Positions 12,301 to 24,300 of a DNA stretch of 64,000 nucleotides are shown in pieces; the first letter of the stretch is position 1; every line of letters starts with the position of its first letter. The notes below the pieces were generated by a model. It saw nothing but the letters and a program-made list of their open reading frames with translations. It searched no databases and had not been told where the DNA came from. The DNA comes from Bugula neritina. Its lineage: Eukaryota > Animalia > Bryozoa. The DNA lies in NCBI GenBank assembly GCA_964035545.1, contig OZ037767.1:14574998-14638997 (forward strand), read 5' to 3'. The position numbers and the translations under genes were made by a program.

Positions 12301-15300
12301 CAGTCTCTAATACGTCTGCAACTGGTCATGTGATCAGTCTCTATTACGTCTGCAACTGGTCATGTGATCAGTCTCTAATACGTCTGCAATCGGTCATGTG
12401 ATCAGTCTCTAATACGTCTGCAACTGGTCATGTGATCAGTCTCTAATACGTCTGCACCTGGTCATGTGACTAAAGCTCTACTCTAAAATGTATTTTCTAC
12501 TTACAGATTCACAGAGAAAGGAAATCTGGAAATCATGCTCTTCACATTACAAAGTCAAATGCGAGCCAACAACCAGAAGCCCTACCTGCCCAAGGAGGGT
12601 AAGCTGATATCAGATATCAACAAGGCGTGGGAGTCGCTGGAGAGAGCCGAGCATGAGAGAGAGTTGGCGTTGAGAGAGGAGCTCATCAGGTGAGTCGTAC
12701 CATCTGCTTGTTCCCGTAGGGGGAGGTAACTCCTGACGTATCCAGTCATTGTGTTTATATACTATATGCAGGTAAGTTATTCTCTGTCTGATTATGTACT
12801 ACACGCAGGTAAATTATTCTCTATATGTTTATATGCTACAGGCAGGAGAAGCTGAACTTGCTGGCTACTAGATTCGACAAGAAGGCTGGCATGAGGGAAA
12901 TCTGGCTCAGTGAGAATCAAAAGCTCGTTTCGCAGGTAAGCATCTCCCTTAGATCAGACTCGGACTAACAAACTGGCTCTGATGCTGTACTGGTGTGTCT
13001 ATGTTGAGTCGTGCTGTTTCAGGACAATTTCGGATATGACATGGGAGCTGTAGAGGCAGCCACAAAGAAACACGAGACATTTGAGACAGACATCAATGCT
13101 TATGAGGAGAGAGTGCAGGCGGTGGTAGCTGTGGCCTATGAGCTGGAGCAGGAACGTTACCACGACATCCTCCGCATCAATGCCAGGTAGTTGTCAGTGC
13201 TAAGTGTCAGTGCTTGGCAGGTGTCAGTACTTGACAGGCTTGGCAGGTGTCAGTGCTTGACAGATGTCAGTACTTGACAGGCTTGCCAGGTATCAGTGCT
13301 TGACAGATGTCAGTACTTGACAGGCTTGCCAGGTATCAGTGCTTGGCAGGTGTCAGCAGGTGCCAGTGCTAGATAGACATTGGGGTCGTGCAGAATTGTA
13401 GTTGGTATTTTTAGATATCTTTAGATTCTTCGTTTACTTCATAGGTCATCAAAAAGTTGGTATGGTAAATGAATTCACAGCGCAGTGAGTTGTCTCTTTC
13501 ATCTGCACAATAAGATTGTCATTACCACGTTAATAATGTTACCTGCGACTTTAGGAAGGAGAATGTTCTCAGACTATGGAACTTCCTGTTGGAGCTGCTC
13601 AGAGCTCGACGTACCCGTCTGGAACTCACCCTCCAGATACAGAGAATATTCCAGGAGATGCTCTACCTCCTCGACTGGATGGATGAGATCAAGCTCCGCC
13701 TCCTCTCAGAAGATTTCGGCAAACACCTGATGGGCGTGGAGGACCTGCTGCAGAAACACACGCTGATGGAGGCCGACATGAAGGTGCTCGGTGAGCGGGT
13801 GGAGACCGTCAATAGTTCAGCCACTAGATTCGTCACGTGTGACGATGAGGACTTCCAGAGCCTCACCCCGTCTGACTACAAGGTAACTCGGGCTATTTAC
13901 GAGTGGACGCAGGCTATTTTATAATTTTCATTATCTCCATCTTTTGTTGCTAAAGTTTGAAGTTGAAGGAAAAGATTTTAGAGAGCTGAGCTATTTATAG
14001 ATACTGTTTGAGTAGTGACTTTATCTGACTCAAATGACTGAATGTATTGTCTTTCTTTGTAGCCTTGCGATCCTCAGATTGTTGTGGAGCGTCAGAAGAG
14101 CCTCACAGATGCCTACGAGGAACTCCTCTACCTAGCCTCTCGCAGACGAGAGCAACTAGAAGCTTCCAGATCTCTCTGGCAGTTCTTCTGGGATGCCACA
14201 GACGAGGAGGGCTGGATCAAAGAGAAGGTAGGGGGAGGGGGGAGTACTCCGGGGGAGGGGGCAGTACTCCGCAGAGATATCACTCACTAAGTTGGAATAC
14301 GGAGATCTAGTTGTTACAGCGCATTATATTTAAGTCTAACATGCTAGCGGTGATGTGTTGAGCTCTCACTCAAAGCATCTCTAGTGTGTCTGTCCCTTTG
14401 CCATTGAGCTCTCAACTAGCTCACATGTATAGTAAATAGTGAAAGAGAGGAGAGAGCATTGTATGCTGTGTTGTGTTGTTACAGGAGCAGCTCATGTCTT
14501 CACCAGATCTCGGCCATGATCTAACTTCAGTCAACCTCCTCCTCACCAAACACAGAGCTAACGAGGACGAGATAGCTGCCAGAGGTCAAAGGTTAGAAGG
14601 GGTCAAGGCTGAAGGTAATGCCCTCATAGAGGCCGACTCCTTCGGCGCTGAGAAAATACAAGGTGAGTGTTTGACATTGTCTGGTCACGTGTGCTGATAG
14701 GTTTAATGTTGTCTGTTCACGTGTGCAGGGAGATTTAATCTTGTCTGATCACACATGTACTGATAGGTTTGACATTGTTTTTCCTGCCCTTGTGTAGCCC
14801 GACTCGATGAAGTGGACAACCAGTGGCAAAACCTGGTGGACCTGGCCAACCTGCGTAAGCAGAGACTGAATGAGGCGGTGGATTTCTACCAGTTCTTTGC
14901 TGACGCTGATGACGTGGACCACTGGATGGTGGACACCTTGCAGATCGTCTCCAGTGATGACGTTGGCAGGGATGAGGCCAACACACAGAGCCTTATCAAA
15001 AACCACAAGGTATGGCTTTATACCTCACTGACACTTTATGACACTTTTAGGCATTTCCTGACACTTTAGCGACACTATGTTGACGCCTTGTTAGTTGACA
15101 CTTTAATGGCACCTTGTTAGTATATTACTGGCATTTTACTGACACCGGAATGGCACCATTCTGACACTTTGTTAACACCATGTTGACATTGTTTTGGCAC
15201 TTTGTTGACATATTACTGACACCTTATTGTCACCTTGTTGACACCTTGTTGACTGCTGTGATGTTGTTGACAGGATGTTTGTGATGAGCTCAACAACTAC

Positions 15301-18300
15301 TCCACAGTGGTAGATGGACTCTACGCCCAGGCCAACGAGCTCGGAGAGCAGGAGAAGGAAAACGCCGAAGTAGCTGGTAGACTTGCCTCCATCAGCACCC
15401 GCTACAAGAACCTTCTTGAGCTGGCTGAGCTGAGGGACCAGAGGCTAAAGGACGCTCTCAGTCTATACAAGTTCTACAACGATGCTGACAATGTGGACAA
15501 CTGGATAGGAGAGAAGGTATGCACTCTCTCCACTCAGTTTAATGTGTCAGCTGTGAATGCCTATGCTGCTGATAATCTTCTCTCATGTGTGACTCGACTG
15601 ACTCATTTCTGTGCTCTCTGCAGATTGTCTTCTTGCAATCTCTGGAGCCAACGCCAGACGCCGAAGAACTGGCCGTGGTGAAGCAAAGATTCGACACTTT
15701 TGAGAAGGAAATGAACTTAGCAGAAGGCAAAGGTAGGCATACTTGGTGTGACTTAGTGCTTGCCTTATTAGTTCTTTTTATAAAATATGACATCTAGGGA
15801 GCATGCTCTTGGGGCACCTGTTTGTATTGTCCGTGCTTGCCCATGTGACTTCATGTTTTAATTTTCTGTGTTTTTGTTTGGAGGATTTACTAAGGCAGCT
15901 GGTGAGTATTTACTTAGCTAAGTTTGTGACCATCTTCTAATCTCACTCTAAGGCGACTGTCATTTCAGTTTGTTCCGTTTGTTGCTTTGATTTTCCTTCC
16001 GGATTACTCCTACACATCTTGTTGAAAAGAGTAAAGATTTTGAACACAACTTATTACATATTCTTATACTCTCAGCTTTCTAATCATAATAGTCACTGCA
16101 ATTTTTCCGGGCACATGAAATAGTTGCTAGCAGACGTATAGCAGTATGACACATATACTACTAGCAGACGTATAGCAGTATGACACATGTACTATTAGCA
16201 GACGTATAGCAGTATGGCACATATGTACTATTAGCAGACGTATAGCAGTATGACACACATGTACTATTAGCAGACGTATAGCAGTATGACACATGTACTA
16301 TTAGCAGACGTATAGCAGTATGACACATGTACTATTAGCAGACGTATAGCAGTATGACACATGTACTATTAGCAGACGTATAGCAGTATGACATATGTAC
16401 TATTAGCAGACGTATAGCAGTATGACACATGTACTATTAGCAGACATATAGCAGTATGACACATGTACTATTAGCAGACATATAGCAGTATGACACATGT
16501 ACTATTAGCAGACGTATAGCAGTATGACACATGTACTATTAGCAGACGTATTGCAGTATGACACATATGTACTATTAGCAGACGTATAGAAATTGTTGTG
16601 ACATAAACATGGCTAACCAATGTTGCTTTGTGTTGGCTAAATTCAGCAATCACCTGCATAAAGATGTCAGAGTTGACACTGGGCTGTATTGCATTACGTA
16701 GTGTCATAGTTTACATTCCTGACACCTGCATTTCCTTGTCTTCAGTTGACACTGTCAATCAACAAGCCAAACAGCTGATAGACTCGGACCACCCAAGTAA
16801 CGAGGAGATCATAACCAGAAGAGATGAGCTCAACTCCAACTGGGATAAACTTCAGCAGCTACTCAACACCAAGAGAGACGCTCTAGAAGCTTCCTCCGGG
16901 CTCTGCAACTTCCACATTGACGTCAACGAAACAATGGTTTGTCTGCCATAATGTACTCTATCCTGTCCTTTAAAGATGGTTGTAGTTGGCGTCTTGTCGT
17001 GTCCGGTACACACATAGCACTTGTGTTACAGACGTGGATCTGTGAGAAGATGAAAGTCGTAGAGTCGACAGACGAGCTGGGAGACGACCTTGCAGGGGTC
17101 ATGGCTCTCCAGAGACGTTTAGCCGGTATGCAGAAGGATCTGGACGCCATACAGTCTAAGGTAGGCACCCTGTAGTCAGCGTGAGATATTATTAGCTGTG
17201 TCCGCTTTCTGCTTTCTCTATTGGCAGCGTGTCTCTTATCAGTTGGCTGACTACTTATTTAGATTAATAGAATGCAAGAAGAAGCGGATAGCATGTGTGA
17301 TACTGCGCCCACCTCCACTACTGACGGGGTATAAATGTGTACTAGCTATCCTGTATTGTAACTGTCCGTGTGTGGCAGGGGTGCTGTTGTATAGTCGGTG
17401 TTGATGGCATAGTTTGAGTTTGTGCCGGTCACATGATCAGGTGGTCATGTAATTGGTGGGGAAAGAGGTGCACTGGTGACTCATTTCTCTCTGTCACGTT
17501 TGCCTGCTGCGGCTGATTTCAGACTATGTGTATACAACTAGTTGGCCTGGAGTTGTCTGCCCTCTCCTCATGGGTTTCCAGTGTGTCCGCATGGTAGTCA
17601 GTGGTAGCTCTTACTAATCAGGTTTATGATGCACTAACACTGATGTTTATTGGTCACTTTGGGTTATCCTAACTGTGGATATTAATATTCCAATAAATTT
17701 ACTATGTCGGTGTTGGGCAGTTGGAGTTATATACTCTATAATACATAATATATGCTGTACAGTAAGCACTTGTAGCAGCTGCATCGTTAAAGAAAATTTA
17801 GTGGCTTGTGTTTTAAAGATTTCTTTTTTCAAAACAAGTTATGGTCAAGCAAAACACAAACCGTATTCTCATCTGAAGTTCATTTAATGGTATTGAGGCA
17901 TGAGTTATTGAAATTTCTTTTCTACATGGAATTTGCATTTGTATCTTGAAATCTTTGCCTGAAGAAGTTGGTTTGTTGTGGTTTAGCTGGGAACTTAGCG
18001 TGTGTTCAGGTGTTGTTGGTACGGGGCGTGTCTAAACGTCTCATCACTTGCCCGTGTCTTTACAGGTCACTAATTTAGAGGAGTCGGCCGATAAGATAGC
18101 AGAAGAGCACCCAGTAGAGGCGGAGAATGTGAAAAAACAACTTTCAGACATCAACACAGCTTGGGATGAGCTCAAACTGATGGTAAGTACATCACAGTAA
18201 CCATGGTAACACGCAAGGTAACCATGGTAACAGTGTGAGGTAACAGTGTGAGGTAACCATGGTAACTGGGTGAGGCAACAGTGTGAGATAACCATGGTAA

Positions 18301-21300
18301 CCATGTGAGGTTGCTATGGTAGCCATATATACTTTCTGCAGACCCACCAGGTGTAACCTTACTCTAGACTAAGCTCTCTGTTTGTAGCTCAAGTCCCGTG
18401 AGGAGAGACTAGGTGAAGCCTCTGAACTCCAGCATTTCCTCCAGAACCTCGACCACTTCCAGAAATGGCTGTCGGACACACAGACAGCCGTGGCCAGCGA
18501 GGACTCACCCTCCAGTCTGACTGACGCCGAGAGACTCCTGGCACAGCACGCTCAGATCAGAGACGACATTGACCAGATGGCGCCCGAGTACGCCCAGCTG
18601 CAGGAGTTCGGGGCCAAGGTGGGCCACAGTCTAATTGCTGACACCCTTTTGGTGTTAGTGCTTTACTCATGTTTAGGTCATTTTACTTCATTTAGTATAC
18701 ATCAGCAAATTATGGCCAAAATTTACAGTTCGCTCAAAATTCGTGAAAATTTGCTCCATGGAGTAATGTTATGTGCTGATTTCAACTATGCATAGCAAGA
18801 AAGGCTGGGAAGTGGTCCTGGAACACAATGCCATTGTCATATTAGCTAGATATATATGTGCGGACTGTGATGAAAAAACCATCACAATCCATATATCCTA
18901 ATTTACTAAAAAGAAGGTCAAACATAGAAAATAAATGAATAAATAAAAATTAGAAAAAAGCTTAGTTATTTATTTATTGACATGTTATTATTTTTGGGTA
19001 AAAAATGTATATAATAGCAGCTAAATTGTGAAAAATAGCTAAAAAAAACTAGAGATATCGATTGTGTACTAAATTAGGTAAAATGATCAATTTACATGAT
19101 GCTTGTTTGATGGTTTCACGTGTTGTAGTGAACATACCAAATTACTATGCATGTTGTGTATCGCATAGTTTACTATATGTTGGAGTTATCTCTCCTGACT
19201 ACTGCATCCACAGTATGTGTTACCAGGTAACGGCCAACCAAACAGACGACCAGCACATGTTCCTGGCCCACCGGCTGGCTGCCCTGGAGGAGGGATGGAA
19301 CGACCTCCAGCAGATGTGGGAGAACAAGCAGGCCGGCCTCGACCAGAGCCTCAAGGAGCAGATCTTCTTGAGGGACGCCACCCAGTCTGACATCCTGCTG
19401 AACCAACAGGAACACCTGCTATCCAAAGAGGAAGTGCCGGTAGGTGTCATGGCCGCCCTCGCTGAACATGTGACCGTTGAATTTCATCTGATGGTTTTTA
19501 ATTCTGTGAAATATTTTCAAATCATCTACTAAATTGTTTGAAGTGCCTGAATTCTGTAAGGCAGTAACCCTACCCTATATTATATAGGGTAGGGTTGTGA
19601 CCCTTTAGGTGAAACTATGCTGTGTCATAGCTGAAGTTAATGTGTGGGTGAATAGCTAGTCATGGACTTTGTATCTGTTTATGTTTAGAGTACAAGAGAT
19701 GATGGACAGGTAATAATAATAAAACTCAGTACTTTATACATAACTTCTCATATCTAGCAGTCTGTGTATGTATCTACTGCGTCTGCGTTCTTATCCGCGT
19801 CTGCATTTAGTATGTGTAGCCTCAGTTAGAGCAAGCATAGCCTGCCTGCATTTTATTACTAGCGCATCTCATGTACCTCCCGCATTTGACCATCTGTAGA
19901 AGTCATACTAACTTAACTGTGACTGAGCCATCAACTAAGAATATACTAGTGACTGTAGTACTGAGTACTAGTTACTAAGATACTGAGTACTAGTGACTAA
20001 GATACTGAGTACTAGTGACTGTAGTACTGAGTACTAGTTACTGTAGTACTGAGTACTAGTGACTGTAGTACTCAGTACTAGTGACTGTAGTACTGAGTAC
20101 TAGTTACTGTAGTACTGAGTACTAGTTACTGTAGTACTGAGTACTAGTTACTGTAGTACTGAGTACTAGTTACTGTAGTACTGAGTACTAGTTACTGTAG
20201 TACTGAGTACTAGTTACTGAAATACTAGATTACTGTAATAAGGTTCTCACTCTTGCAATTTATACTGTCACTATAACATTCTGGTAGTATTACTGCTACT
20301 CGTAACAGTAATACTACCATGTCATACTACTACTATATCTGACTGACTGTCACTGCATATAGTATCACTGAGTTTCACCTCCACATCTCTGTGACTAACT
20401 GAAATACATCATTCTCTCTCTGTACCAGAGTTCTGGTTCATCTAGTGCCAACATCTGCAAACTCAAGTTGCATGCATGCATAGTTCTGCTGTTGTGTTAT
20501 TCTAGAAGTGAGCCTTTTTCATATTGCTTGCGTTTTGCCCTCAACTACTACTCGTCTCGACTTAGTTTCTGTCAGCCAATCAGGCTGTCAGTAAGAATAT
20601 AACCTTTGACCTTCCACAACATATTACGTCTACTAGCCGTAGTTTAGAAGTTATCTTCTCTCATGTTCTTATTTCTAGCATGTGTTAGCATATTCAGTCT
20701 GTCTACGTGCATGTAATAGAGACGTAGTTCCGTGAGTAGTGGTTAGTATTACTAATCTATTGGTCTTATGAGGTCCAAGTGACAGCTCTGTCACAGCGTC
20801 ACTAGCCGAGTAACAGCTGTGTGACAGCGTCACTAGCCTAGTGACGCTGTCCTACCCTCACTACACACCTAATCGTTTTGCAATTCTAGATTCCCCTCAA
20901 CTCAGAATGACAAAAACTGATGGTTGTTAGTTTTTAACTACACACTGCCAAGCTTACAGGGAGTAGATTATCCGAGTTTATGCATAGCTGTACCATCAGC
21001 AGCATGTCATGAAACAGTGAGTGGTGGCCAGCTGTGCTCTAGAGGTGAAGGGGGCGACAGTGCCCCCTAAGGTTCAAACCCCTCCTCACTACACCCCCTG
21101 GTGTCCACATATATGTGTGTAGGTAGAGTCCCTGTTTGTCACGTTGATATCAGTACAGTCACTGTAGTGTATCATACCTTCCCACAGTCCTCTCTGGAAC
21201 AAGCCGAGAATGCTCTGAAGCAGCACGAGGCGTTTATGAAGACGATGGATGCCAATGATGAGAAGATCAACCAGGTGATCCAGTACGCTGACAAGCTGGC

Positions 21301-24300
21301 TGACGAGGGACACTACAACGCTGACAAGGTGAGTGTTGGCTGACAAGGTGAGATCAGGTCAGCTGGTGGAAGCTGCCAGCACAGACCTGTGTATTGTATG
21401 TCCCGGCATGTGTAGCCTTTATATGCTGTGTAACATCTGGACTTGGATAAGTTTAATGAAAATACAGGTCCCGGTTATTGTAATATATAACTAAACTAAA
21501 CTCAAACTTAGATGTTGCCTTGGTTTGTTGTCTACCCAACCGTCTTGTATTTTAGCTGTTCATATTAGGTGCTGATACTAAATACAACCTTGAAGGTCAC
21601 ATCCAGTAGTCTAGTTGGGGAGACAACTCTCTAGTATCTTGTATTCTCACTGCAGCACCAGAAGAGAGCTGAGGATCTGGATGAGAGGAGGAAGGCGAAC
21701 AGAGAGCGTGCTCTGGCTCAGCTGGAGAAGCTGCACGACGCCATCGCCGTGCAGACGTTCCTCGCTGACTGCGACGACCTGGATGAGTGGCTGGAGGAGA
21801 AGATGATTGCCTCTCAAGACGAGACTTACAGGTAAGTTAACTCCCTTGCTGTCCTACTGTACTTACTCTACTTACTCTCACTGTACTTACTTCTCAAACT
21901 GATGATAACAAAGGAATATCCTGTCATGCTGGAGCTAATTTTGTGTGCATTTCCTAGACATAGAAGCTTTACATCTGTAGTATGTAGTATTAATATAATA
22001 TAATATAATAATATAATATAATAGCAACATGTTTTACAGAACTTTTTTGCAGCGATTTATTATTTTGTGAAACGTTACTTTGAAAATGTTCTTCTGCATT
22101 TTGTAGCTAAATATCACTTTATAATAATTTACACCTTCTAAATACCAAACACGGTGCTAACCCACACTATTGTCTTGTAGCAATTATATTGATTCGAGGT
22201 TAGGCAAAGCTGAATTCTTGTTTTTTGGTCTGATTTACGTTATATTTACTATTTCTGTTTCTGTTGACTACGTTTCAGTGTTACGACTTTCTCAAACACT
22301 CCTCTGGTATCCCTTATTTCATGCATTCGGCTGCATTCATCTACCGTACATTGTTCATGTTCGTTGCGTAGTGTGGAGCTCTGAGGAATATACATGTGCT
22401 CTGCTTAACGTGTACAATGAGCTCTCAATATATGTGTGTTTAGAGATGCCAAGAATATCCACAGCAAGTACATGAGACATCAGGCCTTCGAGTCTGAGAT
22501 TGCCGCCAACAAAGCCGTCCTGGAGAAGTTGCAGAAGGACGGAGATGAGTTGATGGAGGAGAAACCAGACAGCCGTGAAGTGGTTAGTTTCTGATTGGTC
22601 ACTTCTTAGTCCTGCACCGTAAACTAGCTTCTCTACTCCTTTACTCTACTTTGGAATTGTGTTCCCTTGTAGCAGAGCTACTGTGGATAAAACTATATAA
22701 TGAGCTTTACTACTTGATTTGGGAGTTATGTCCTCCATAGTGGTTTATATGTTCTAATTTTGTCACAGCTACATGATTCTACTTTTGGAAGTTCTGAAGC
22801 CTGTGCTGGAAATAGTTATGCTGTAAAAGTTGACATGAAACTGTAATTCTTCAGTAAAGTTTTGACAGCAACGAAAGCCTCTAACTAATTATTACAAGAC
22901 CACTTTACGTTGTGTATTAATTTCTACTATTTGTGCGTGCGACTTGTCCTGGACACTGTAATTGGATATTCTGTTTGGGTCGGGTAGGTGGAGCCCCGCG
23001 TGGAGTCCCTGGTCTCGCAATGGCAGGAACTCGAGGCTAACACGAAGGCGAAGGGAGAGAAGCTGTTTGACGCCAACAGACACATTGTGTTCGAGCAGGG
23101 ATGTGACGACGTAGACAGTTATCTGGCAGAGATTGAGAGTCAAATCATTGTAGCCGACGTCGGCACGGACCTCACCACGGTCAACCTCAACCTCAACAAG
23201 CAGAATGTGAGTTCTTTAGACTATCTTTTGATTGGCTGAAGGCAGTCATTCCGGTATATTCTACTGAGTGTGGCTTCATTGCTACACATACAGCCAAAAT
23301 GGTTTTTATTTAATTATATTTTTGTAACTGAGTCATGTTATTGAAAGAAGTGTGAATAAATGTTCTCGTCGACATTAAAATAAGTTTAATAAACAAAATA
23401 TGTATAGACATCAGTGAAGCTTTTGGCTAAATGATTCAATTAGCAATTTATTAGATGGCCACTGGCGGAACAATGGAGCCTGGGTAGTCATAGACCCTTG
23501 TATATGGTGGGATCAAGTGGGATTTTAATGAGGCAAAGTAAGGTTGTGGTGTTGTAGCAACTGGAGAGTGACATAGTCATCAAGAAGGAGCAGCTGAACA
23601 AGCTGGAGAGCGAGGCTGTACAGCTGAAGGACCCAGTGCAGATAGAGGTGATTGAGAAGAGGAAGGTGGCCGTGCAGGAGCGGATCAACGCCCTGGAGGC
23701 CCCCATCCAGGAGAGGAGACGTAACCTGGACAGAGCTAAGAGGGTTCATCAGTTCCTGAGGGACGTGGAGGACGAGAATCTGTGGATACAGGACAGGAAA
23801 CCGATTGCAGAGGATCCGAATGTCGGTAACAGTCTGCAGATGGTGCAGAATCTGCAGAAGAAGAACCAGTCTCTGGCTACAGAGATAGACAACCACGAGC
23901 CCCAGGTGAGCAGCTGTCTTTATACTCTTTATAGTACTGCTCTACTTACTCATAGTACTGCTCTACTTACTCATAGTACTGCTCTACTTACTCACAGTAC
24001 TACTCTACTTACTCATAGTACTAGTCTACTTACTCTTAGTACTAGTCTACTTACTCTTAGTACTACTCTACTTACTCTTAGTACTACTCTTCTTACTCAT
24101 AGTACTACTCTACTTACTCATAGTACTACTCTACTTACTCATAGTACTACTCATAGTACTCACAAACCATCATACACTCATAATTTCATTATTTTCTCTT
24201 ATATTGAAAATCTACTAAAAGGTTTCAACTTGAAAGATTGAATAACGTATTCTTCCATAAATCGAATCTTCTTTTGTAACTCTAAATATACTTTTAGTTA

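Noticed and set aside
12037-16590. Regular 33-34-bp repeats resembling CRISPR arrays
   Set aside because: Units are head-to-tail with no unique spacers, there are no cas genes, and the context is eukaryotic introns.
20429-20590. AG...GT-bounded 162-nt open frame in the microexon-containing intron
   Set aside because: Cys/Leu/Phe-rich, intron-like composition with no spectrin or linker character; probably chance.
23906-24241. Read-through extension of a spectrin exon (THSTALL repeats)
   Set aside because: Strong donor at 23906 and a phase-matched next exon; openness is explained by a stop-free 21-bp repeat.
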